Shown: piece after piece, positions 1 to 9,748 of the stretch
How the letters are laid out: each line of letters opens with the position of its first letter
Position numbering within the stretch: position 1 is the first letter of the stretch
Assembly (NCBI GenBank): GCA_009602725.1
Contig: WELB01000008.1
Span: forward strand, 529,945 to 580,380
Length of the DNA: 50,436 nucleotides
Reading direction: 5' to 3'
From: Spirogloea muscicola
Lineage: Eukaryota
Translations under genes and position numbers: made by a program
Notes under the pieces: model-generated
Database searches by the model: none
What the model was told of the DNA's origin: nothing
The model's input: the letters and a program-made list of their open reading frames with translations, nothing else

Positions 1-3000
1 GCGCTCGCCGCCGACGCCGCCGCCGCCGCCGTCGGCGCTGCCGGGCCAAGCCACCGGCGGCAGCGCCGCGCCCTACCTGAAGACGCGGCAGCACCAGGTG
101 GTCCTCGGGCCGAAGGCGGCGGGCTCGCCTACGAGGGCTGGCGGAGAGGAACCCCCGCAGAGCTCCGGCGCCCGTGTTGCTGCGCAGCTGAGCCTGGAGC
201 TGCCGGCCGCCGCGAGAGGTCCCCTGCGCTGCTCCTCTTGGCGGCCGCCCAGCCGCCGTGCTGCTCGTACCGCCGTCGCTCGCCCGCAAGCTGGCGACGA
301 GCTTGGCGGTGCCGAGGGCTGCTGGGGCCGCATTCTTAGCTCAGATGGAAAGCGCAACAGTCTTCTCAATCTGAAGGTCACGGGTTCAAATCGACGGGCT
401 TGCTTCCCACTGCGTGTGGTTTTCTGTGTTGCTGCAGCAGGGCCCAGCACCCAGCAGAGGGTGCCACAGCTGGCAGGGCCCAACGCCAGGCTGAGGACAT
501 GGAGCCGCGCCAAGGCCGCGACAGCCGTCGTCGGCGAGGCCCCTGGTGCCCCAGCACCATGGCGCGGCGCCGCAGCGGCCGCCGGTTCGTCAGTGAGTCG
601 ACAACGGCTGCAGTTCAGCTGGAATCGGTCGTCGCCCCGAGGGGCGCTGCTGCTGCAGCAGCGGCGGCTCGCCACCCTCGTGTCTCCGCCGCCGCGAGGC
701 TCCCTCCTCGCACTGCTGAGGTGTGCCCAAGCGAGCTTAGTCCCGGCATCGCTGACCTTTGCAAGAATGGCCACCATTATGCACCTTTGCTGGTTCCAAG
801 GCGTGCGCTAAGTGTGATGACTGAACATGGGTCTTTGCACGTTAGGTGACTGACATAATGGCAAGGGGCTGGCTCCCGCAACAACTTCTCTTCCATTTAC
901 AGGAGATCACCGTCAAAACAGCGGCCGGTGGAGACGCTGTACCGACGCGCAGGTCATGGTTATGTGCTGCAACGCATGGGGCTTCGAAGCACGAGCAGGG
1001 CCAGCCTGACCTGGACCAAGTCCATCGAGAAGTGGCGGCGGTCGGCCGACCAGGTCCGCTATCCCACTCAGTCCAGAATGCTCTGCTGAAGCTTCTGGGT
1101 CTCCCCCCTGACATGGCTGTGCACATCAATCATGTTCAGGAACATCAGACTGCGAGGCTTGCTGAGCTTGCCTCCATTGGCTAGGCCTCACCTATTTCTG
1201 CCAAACAGAAACTCTCGAACAAATGGGCCACAGGCAGTGCAGCAGCTTATTCCCAGTTTGTCTGAAACATGCAATCAGGCTGCCACACTGGCGCTCGTAA
1301 AGGTTGAGAAGCAGAGGAGGGAGGGCAAGGGGAAGGCTGTGCAGGCTGGTGCCAAGGCTGCTGTCATTAGGATTATGGCAGCCAGAAAGAGTTCTCTGCT
1401 GCAGACTCCTGCACAAGGTCTGCATCATGGTATGACGAGACGATCTGCTTGCGAGCTGTTCTCTTCTCTGTGCTACTCTCAAGCCCGCGTGGAGGTCCAC
1501 AGTCATGCTTATGCTGAGCGCAATTGAAGATTGTTGACATGCCGGTCATCACTCGCTGTGTCTTAGGTGAGAGGGTAGTCACTATCGGCCTTTTGAAGTA
1601 CAAGATGGATGCGGAGGGTCACACACTGCAGCGATTACCAGGTACTTCAAGCTCAAGAGCACATCATGATACTCTTTGCTACCATATGGCTTCTGTGCAT
1701 AATTAGCAGACATGGCAGATTTGTGCATGTCCCTTGCCTTGCCAATCCTGTTGAATGATTATAGATGCATTCTGGTCCTTATGCAGACCCGATTGCTGGA
1801 AAAAATAGCCCCAATTCGCCTTCGACACCGCGGCGTGCGTCGCTTGGGAAGGTGAAGTAAGTAAGGCAATGGAAGCAATGCAAGAGCCCCATGCACATAT
1901 GTTCTCTGCATCACAGTGATGTGTTCTGATTTCTGCACGTGGAAGGTGGGATTCTCCCTCTGCCCAACTTCTGTGGGTGTTGTCTACCCTTTAAAATGCA
2001 GCTCACCAATCCGTTTGTCTAATTTGCAAGCTATGTGAGGCTAGGCAATGGTAACAAGCTCATAAGAGATCCCAAGACAACATCCCGTGTACTGGCAAGG
2101 TAAGTCACCTCATTAAGGTCAGTCCCCTGTAAGTATTGCCAGAAGTCACATCATTCAGCAGAGTTGACTCTTGGGCCAATTTTTTTGGCAGTGGTATATC
2201 ATTCTAATGTCTCACTATGAGACAGTTGCTTTGCTTGCTTGCAAGCCTTACCTGCACATATTTTGCTAAGCAACGTGACTTACGTCCTGCAAAAATCTGT
2301 GCAGCGCACGACTACGCTACAGCCTTCACAACGCACGTCGCCGGAGGCTCAAGAAGCAGCAGCATTGCCAGTTCTTTACAAGATTTGGCAAGTGCAACAA
2401 GTCAGACGGGGACTGTCTGTACATACATGACATAAAGAAGGTGGCAGTATGCGTGAAATTCCTAAGGGGCAAGTGCATGGATGACAAGTGCCCTCTGATG
2501 CACAAGGTTTGTCGCACCCTCTGTCGCCTCCAGACCAGTATCTCAAAACGCTAGCATGTAAGGTTTCGCTGTTGTCCTCAGCCAGGCAGTCACCTCTCAT
2601 CCTTGAGCAGCCTATGCGCTCTGTGACACGAAGACAGGCAGTGTTTTTAGTGCTATTACTGATCTGATAGACACGCCCCACATGGGTGCTACATTCCTCC
2701 ACTGTTGCAGGTCATTCCAGAGCGCATGCCTGACTGTTCCTATTACTTGCAAGGTAGGTTCTTGTTGCAAGACCAGTCATTGACCAAGGTGGTCATTCAC
2801 ATTTGTTCCCTCTGTGGGGAAAAGCTTTGAAGTATACTTGAGCTGGCTTTGCAATCCTTGGAATGTTCTTAGGTTTGACTCCTTAGAGCTGTATAGAAGA
2901 TTGTCTTTGGGGAGTGATGCACCTCGCAGGGATGTGTGCAAACGAGAGTTGCCCGTACCGGCATGTTTGTGTGCATCCAGACGCCCCTGTCTGTCAGGAC

Positions 3001-3600
3001 TTCCTGAAGGGCTACTGCAGTAAGGGCGATGAGGTATGTTTCTTAACCTTTCCTCATTGCTGTTTAGTAGCTCCATGGCAACTTGCTGTTTGGCCATTTC
3101 GCCAAAGTTTCAGAGAATTGCAAATGGCTTCTAGTAGCAGGCCATCTGTTCATCTGTTCCAGTTGACAGCAATCAAATGTCTCAGCTGGAAAGAGCTATA
3201 TGTCATTGGGAGGACATCATGGATGACCCTGTAAGGCAACATAATAGTGGCAATTGCAATCTACGATGACCTCTTGGCGACGCCGACAACATATCGTTTT
3301 GCTTTCGTGTCTCGCACCACCGGTGTGGCTCACTTCTGATGGCAGTGTGACAAGAAGCACAGTTATGTGTGCCACAAGTGCCACGGCAAAAAAGACGATG
3401 CTACTGGCGCCACATATCGAGGTCATCATATCAAGGCAAACAAAAGTCGGGGCAGCACCGCGGGCTCTGGTAAGCGGCTGCTCTTCAGTTATGCACAAGG
3501 GCTGCCTGAGCCCGCAGAAGAGCGGCTTGCCAAGAAGCCGAGGCCCCCGCCAGACTTAGGAGATGGAGGCATACCTCTGCTTCTAGACGAGGACATGTAG
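1..3600 (+). CDS. CCCH zinc-finger protein, ZC3H3 / Arabidopsis C3H7 type; multi-exon, 5' end outside the window
   Basis: GT-AG exons read NQAATLALVKVEKQRRE, ERVVTIGLLKYKMDAEGHTLQRLP, YVRLGNGNKLIRDPKTTSRVLA (from 2031), RYSLHNARRRRLKKQQHCQFFTRFGKCNKSDGDCLYIHDIKKVAVCVKFLRGKCMDDKCPLMHK, VIPERMPDCSYYLQG, MCANESCPYRHVCVHPDAPVCQDFLKGYCSKGDE and CDKKH...TAG at 3598-3600. The tandem CCCH fingers and upstream motifs match plant C3H7 as recalled. Exon limits in 780-1560 are uncertain. Confidence 0.9.
330..403 (+). pseudogene. Decayed tRNA-Arg(UCU)-like sequence inside a probable intron (267-437)
   Basis: Parses as GCATTCT TA GCTC AGATGGAAA GCGC A ACAGT CT TCT CA ATCTGA AGGTC ACGGG TTCAAAT CGACG GGCTTGC. 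TAGCTCAG..GG, a TCT anticodon loop and GGTTCAAATC are correctly spaced, but the acceptor, D, anticodon and T stems all have mismatches. Confidence 0.65.
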
Positions 3601-4159
3601 ACTATCTCGCTGGGCCGCCCAGCAGAGGGGTTTGAATAGGAGACTAGCCTCCCTCTGCACCCGCCACCTGCGCACATAACGATTCCCCCTTCCCCCTCCC
3701 TCCTACTGCCCTTTGGAAGCTTCCCTGCTTTAATAAAGGGAAGCTTCTAGAATGGCACATTCATACATTCAACGTAATTGGGGAGCTCGCTTTGAAATTT
3801 GCCCGGGGCTGGCGGGGGTGTACATGAGAGATAACTGAGCAAATCAGAGTGGAGTGGTAGGATCAAGCCGAGTCGGACTTTCCAGTCCAAGTATGCATGC
3901 ATACTTTTCTTCATACTTCTCGTCAGCTGGCTGGGGTTTGCTATTCTCAACAGCAGAATCTCAGGTGGCATGCGTCTTTGGACTGCCAAGGTAGCAGGCA
4001 TCTCTGGCCTTTCCGCACATCTACATGCCAAAGTTCATACCGCTTGGTCCCTGAATGCATGTGTGCCTCTGACAGCCTACAAAGCAGCGGCCCTCGGTTG
4101 GTGGCCTTCTGGTCGGCACTGATTGAGCGAGAGCCCGGCGTGCTGGCAGCGAGCTTGCT

Positions 4160-4937
4160 GCATAAGGACTCATATGTGAAACTGGAGGCTCATACTATGG
4201 TTGGAAGCAGGGCAACATGTCCTCTTTTAAAAGCCTGCAATAGCTCTTTCACAGTGTATGGGGGTTGGACGCCTGGGGCCGACCCCAGAAATGGTGACGC
4301 TGTGAGCGATCAGCCCACAGGCTCTCATTGTTATAAGCGGCTGGCCTGGAGAAGGTGGAGCGCCTGTGAGGGAGAAGGCGAAGGTCTTCCGAAACGAGGC
4401 GATGCCGATGAATGGCCTGCATAAGGACTATATGTGAAACTGGAGGCTCATACTATGGTTGGAAGCAGGGCAACATGTCCTTTGCTCAAAGCCTGCAACA
4501 GCTCTTTCACGGTGTATGGGGTTGGACGCATGGGGCCGCACTCAGAAATGGTGACGCTGTGAGAGATCAGCCCACAGGCTCTCATTGCTATAAGCGGCTG
4601 GCCTGGAGAAGGTGGAGCGCCTGTGAGGGAGAAGGCGAAGGTCTTCCGAGATGAGGCGATGCCCACGAATGGCCTGCATAAGGACTCGTATATGAAACTG
4701 GAGGCTCGTACTATGGTTGGAAGCAGGGCAACATGTCCTGTGCTCAAAGCCTGCAATAGCTCTTTCACAATGCAGGGGGGTTGGACGAATGGGGCCGAAC
4801 CCAGAAATGGTGACGCTGTGAGCAATCAGCCCACAGGCTCTCATTGCTTTAAGCGGCTGGCCTGGAGAAGGTGGAGCGCCTGTAAGGGAGAAGGCGAAGT
4901 CCTTCCGAAATGAGGCGATGCCTATGAATGGCCTGTG
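4160..4937. repeat. Tandem repeat, 3 copies of a ~258-bp unit
   Basis: GCATAAGGACT..TATGTGAAACTGGAGGCTC recurs at ~4160, ~4419 and ~4676, and the copies stay highly similar throughout. On the minus strand each unit contains two variants of the retroelement 3'-terminal hairpin motif. Confidence 0.95.
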
Positions 4938-5319
4938 ACGAAGAGCCGCGGAGGGCACTTGGTGGGTCTGACGGGGCCACGCAGACGGCCTGCAGGCCAT
5001 ATCGTGAGCGGCGGCGTTGGCTGAGGAGACGAGGAGAATGAAGATGAGGGGAAGTTGCTCTTCATGTTTTCATGTTGAGGGCCTCCCCCTTTGAACCTGC
5101 CACTCCCTGTGAAGGCTGGCCTAACAAAACCACCGCCTCCTTGTGGTACAGCTTCGTTTTTTGCTTTGCCTTCAGCACGCACTATGTAATGCCGCGGCTT
5201 GGCGTCCCTACCCATCCCTAGTAGCCAATGCCGCTTCCGGTCCCCTTCGGGTACCCTGACATTGCTGGGCTGTCCTTTCGCAGCCATCGCTCGCTCTAGT
5301 AGAAGTTCTTCCATGTCGT

Positions 5320-5970
5320 TCTTCTTGGGGCTGGCCCTTGGCAGCCCTCGCCCCATTGGGAAGAGCAATTTCTCCAATTTTCTCCACCTTTCTTCCTTCT
5401 TTTCATGCGAACTGCTGACATTCTCCCGTTGCTCCCTTGGACCTTGTTCATTTCTTTTGGGCTGGCCCCTCACAGCCAAAGCCTTGCATGAAGAGGAGCA
5501 ATCTCCTCCTTATGAGCTGGCCCCTTCGAAGTTCATTCTATTTCTGGAGTGGCAAATCACAGCCATCGTCCTCTACTGGACAAGTCTTCTCACTCACACA
5601 GGCAAGCGCAGCGCGGTGTCCCGACGTTCCCAAGGGGAGCAGGCAAATTCCACTTTCAATGCGGCCGGCTATCTCCTCCAGGTGTTTGCCAGGTGCTTGT
5701 CAAGATCGCTGCAGCGATCAATGGGACACGCGCTTGATCTGCGTGCTGGGCGCCCTTTGGCTGCAGCCCCTGGCTATAGACAGGGAAATCGCTACCCAGA
5801 GACTAGTTTCTCTGACCTGCGGCTGCTCGACAGGAAATATTGAGCACCCAGTGGCCACTTGCGTCGCTGTGTGCCTTAACTCTTTTCTGGCCCCTTCGAA
5901 CATTGTTCATCCTTTTTCTGGACTGGCCAATCACAGCCATCGCCCTCTACTGAAAAGAGTCCATCTCTCT
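5320..5970 (+). mobile_element. Stack of CRE-like non-LTR retrotransposon 3' ends (subfamily A)
   Basis: C-terminus SLQRSMGHALDLRAGRPLAAAPG...SFSDLRLLDRKY* (stop 5841-5843) is followed by a 3' UTR with GGCCCCTTCG and the hairpin at ~5920. Additional hairpin-only ends occur at ~5330, ~5460 and ~5547. Confidence 0.75.
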
Positions 5971-6224
5971 CACACTCTTCGCCTTACTTTCAAAGAAAGA
6001 GGACTCGTCCAATATAAGGAGATGGCTTGGATTGGCCAGAGAAATAGTGAACGCAGTTCGAAGCGGTCAGAAAAGCGTTATAGCACAGCGACTCCATGAG
6101 AACTGTTTCTGACTTGTGACTCCAAACTAGTAATTACAAGAGAAAGGCTCGCGGTGCGCTTGAAATGAGAGCGTGGCCAAATTTAAGCCAATACATTGTT
6201 CAGAATACATAGCGCAAAGAAATG

Positions 6225-6803
6225 GGGGTCTTGTCGACCCGTTCAACGACCACTGCTGGAGCTGCGGGATGAGTGGGGCAGCAACAGTGGCAGGAGGGAT
6301 GGCAGGGGTGGGAATGAGGGCCGAAGATGTTGATGCGGGCCTTCACGATCTGTCCGTCATCCACTCCTGGAGCCGCCAAGGGGGTTGGCCAGCAGCTGTG
6401 GCAGGAGGGATGGTGGAGGAGGGCCGGAAAAGCCGATGAGGGCCCTTGGCGACTTGTCCATCATCCACTTCTGGAGCCGCTCAAGGAGGAGGGCAGCAGC
6501 AGTGGCAGGAGGAATGGCGGAGGGGGAAAGGAGGGTCGGAAAAGCCGATGAGGGCCTTGGCGACCTGTCCTACATCCACTTCTGGAGCCGCTCGAGGAGG
6601 AGGGCAGCAGCAGTGGCAAAAGAAATGGCGGAGGGGGAAAGGAGGGCCAGAAAAGCCGATGAGGGCCTTGGCGACCTGTCCTTCATCCACTTTTGGAGCC
6701 GCTCGAGGAGGAGGGCAGCAGCAGTGGCAGGAGGGATGGTGGAGGGGGTAGAGAGGGCCGGAAATATTGAAGCGGGCCTTGACGACCTGGCCGTCGTTCA
6801 CTC
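6225..6803. repeat. Tandem repeat, about 5 copies of a ~111-bp unit
   Basis: GATGAGGGCC(C)TTGGCGAC...ATCCACTTCTGGAGCCGC...GCAGCAGTGGCAGGAGG recurs at 6332, 6435, 6547, 6658 and ~6769; the outer copies are more diverged. Confidence 0.92.
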
Positions 6804-7559
6804 CATAAATGACCCTACACGGGTGGATTCGGGAAGAGAGAAATGAAATGGAATGAAATGAAATGGAGGAGGAAGTGGCATTCCCAATAGGGGCAAGGGC
6901 TGCGAAAAGCCAGCCCGAAAGACATTGACGAAAGGTTCGAAGGGGCCAAATGGTTCGGGAAGGAGCCGTTCGCTTCTCTCGACGGGAGAGCTACTTACTT
7001 TCTCGTCCGCAGGTAAGGCGTTCCTAGTGGGCCCCACGACGACGCCGGCCAGCCCGGGGGAACTCAAACTGAACAGTCAGTTTCAGCCCGGGGGGCCGGG
7101 GTGGAGGCCGACGTGCGGCCGACGTGGCAGCTAGCGGGCCGATGATGGCGGAACGTGGTGGGGCCTGGGCGGGCACCCAACTCCGACTCCGGCGGGTCCG
7201 GAGCTCCCCGCCAAATCTCAGTTCCGTGCCGGCCGCGGCCCCTGGCGCTCTGTTGCCCGCCGCGGGGCCCAGCACCTGGCGCTCTGTTCCACCCTCTGCT
7301 GGGTAATTGATCGGGGCTGGGCTGACGTGGCGTCTGGAGGCGCGGCAGCCTAGCCCGAACCCCGCTGGGGCGGCGCTTGGCCCTGGAGAAGTTTTCTCAT
7401 TCTCCGACTTGCGGCCGCTGACCCGAGGTCACCAAGCTCTTCTTCGCTGTAGTCTCTTTACATAGCTCTGTGTAGTCTCTTTACATAGCTGTGTCGTCTT
7501 GGCGCCTCTCAACCCTTTTGATCTTCTTCGTTTACAATGCCTCTCAACTGCAAGGCAAT

Positions 7560-8730
7560 GACTTAGGAAGCGCGGCCAGATTGACTGGTGGCTGGGAAAG
7601 GCCAGCCCAAAGGAATGGACAAGGTCTGAAGAGAAAGTGCTCGCCCATTGAGAATAGGGGCTGGGAAAACTAGCCCGAAAAAAAATGAAGGAGCCGGAGT
7701 ACAAATGACTAGGACTAAGACATCAGCCAGGGAACGCTCAGTAACCTCTAGTCAGGAGATGCAAGTCTGAGTAGCTAGCCGGCGGAAAGACGTCGGCCTG
7801 ACGGAAGCCGGAGGCCGCCGCCAAAGCTCGGCCTGCGCGCAAGTGAACCTGCGCGCAATGTCTCTCTGAGAGGGCCAAAATGCTTAAAGCAACACCAAGG
7901 CCAAAGTCCTTGCAAGGAGGTGTTGGCTGGGTGTGTGAGGAGGAGCTCTTCCAGCGGGGCGAGGGCACTGAGACCCAGGCCAGAATGGACAAGGTCAGCA
8001 GGAGCCGGGCAATGTAGATACCACTAAGGGGCAGCTCCAGCACCCCTTGTCAGCGGCCGCAAGTCCGAGAAACCAGCAGCACAAAGCAGCACGACCCGCC
8101 TAGAGCCTGACGCGGCAGTCAGAGGGCACGACCAGCACGAAGATGTGAGGCATGTGCCAGGGAGCGCCGCAGGGAATGAGGCCAGCCCCACAGAACGAGA
8201 GAAAGCACACTCCCAGCCCCCTCTGGCTAACACTCTGAACGTTGCCGTCTTCTTTTGTTGGGGCTGGCCCATTGCAGCCCTTGGCCCCTTCGGAAGAGCT
8301 GCTTTTTCTCGAAGATGCGCACGAAACTAGAGGGAGGCAACCGAGCAAGTACACATTTCAAGCAAATTCAGTGCATACGATGGAGCTACATAACGCGGAG
8401 TTCGAGGTGAAGATTTACCTCGGACGCGCCGAAAGAACAGGGGCCTTCGATAGCTGAGGGAGGATTCTGGCAGCACGAGTGAGCGTATAAATTCTGACAG
8501 GCTCCAACTCCAAGAGCCGAAGCACCGCCACAAATGGCGCTCATTACGCGCACATTACGCTGAGGAGTGGCCAAAGCCGGAGCCGCCGAAGACATCCATA
8601 GCGCAGGGCTGAAAGTAGAAGCTCCATCATGAAAAAGAGGAAGAGAGAAGCGTCTATCTGAAGGGGGCGAAGGCTGTGAAAGACCAGCCTAAATGAGGAA
8701 CTCGCTGTGAAAGCCAGCCCAACACCAACG
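7560..8730 (-). mobile_element. Stack of nested CRE-like retrotransposon 3' fragments
   Basis: HLRAGRALAAASGFRQADVFPPASYSDLHLLTRGY* (stop 7738-7740), a second SDLRPLTRG copy (~8040-8170), and hairpin ends at ~7590, ~7660, ~8670 and ~8705. One hairpin at ~8260 lies on the + strand. Confidence 0.75.
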
Positions 8731-9134
8731 GACGAGAGCAAGAGAAAAGCCCCGACAAGCGAACTGCTCGGCTGGGTAGGTGGCTGCTGCCGAGGGCCAC
8801 TCCCCTCTAGTCAACACCTAGGAGCTGCCGTGGGCACCGGCACGGCTGCCGGCGCGCAATGGGAAGCGCGCCTCTTCTCGACGCACACAGCAGAGAAGCA
8901 GCTTCTCCGAGCAGCTTCTCCAAAGCGCTGTTTGTGAAAAAGTTCTCCAAAAGGGGCGAAAGAGGCCAGCATGTCAGTGGCCAGCCCAAGAGAAGCGGAC
9001 CTATAGGTCAAGGGGAGGGAAGCCCGGGTGAAGCTCCACCCCGGCAAGTGAGGCGGAGGTGTCACAGCCGGCGGAGGGGGGGCTGAGAGGCGGCGGCGGG
9101 GTTTGAGGGACGGGCGGGAGGCCGTGGGGCAGAG

Positions 9135-9572
9135 ACGTGCGGCCGGGCGGACGTGGGAGAGCGGGGCCCGCCCCACAGGCTCACGACACGTGGTGGGCCC
9201 CGTGCCAGCAGGCTGGAGCCAGCCGGCCCGGCGGCCGCCTCCGCCGGAATCGGAGCTCCCACATCCACACGCCCCGGGCCCGCCGGGCCGGCAGCCGCCC
9301 CCGCCGGCAACAGAGCAGCCCCCTGGCACCTGGGGCTCTGTTGTCCTGCGGGACGCGGCGGGTCGCCCTCGTGATCGAGCTGTGCCGACGTGGCGCGGCC
9401 GTCCGGGGCCCGCTGGGCCGGCAGCCGCCCGCCGCCGGCGCCTGCACGTGGGCACTGCTGCCGNCCGCGGCCACGTTGCGTGGAGTCGCGACGCACCTCT
9501 GCTGCTCGAGCCTGGCCTGCGCCACGCGCGCATCACGTGGCACCTGCCTCGATTGCGGGCGGCAGACACGTG
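9135..9572. promoter_or_regulatory. Dense G-box/ABRE cluster upstream of the bHLH-MYC_N gene
   Basis: CACGTG at 9187, 9445, 9534 and 9567; ACGTG at 9135, 9151 and 9388 (the last inside GCCGACGTGGC). The cluster lies 180-610 bp upstream of the ATG at 9749 and contains an N at 9464. Confidence 0.6.
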
Positions 9573-9748
9573 GCGGGCCCGCGGGTTGCCCGCCCCATGC
9601 GCGCGGCGCATTGATTGCGGGGGAGGGGGGCAAAGCCCACGCGGCCCGCTGACCAGGTCCGACCAGGAGGGCTCCCCCCCCCACCCCGGCGGGCCTCGAT
9701 CCCCCGTCCTCACAACCCCGGCCTCACCCCGCCGCCGCCGCCGCCGCC

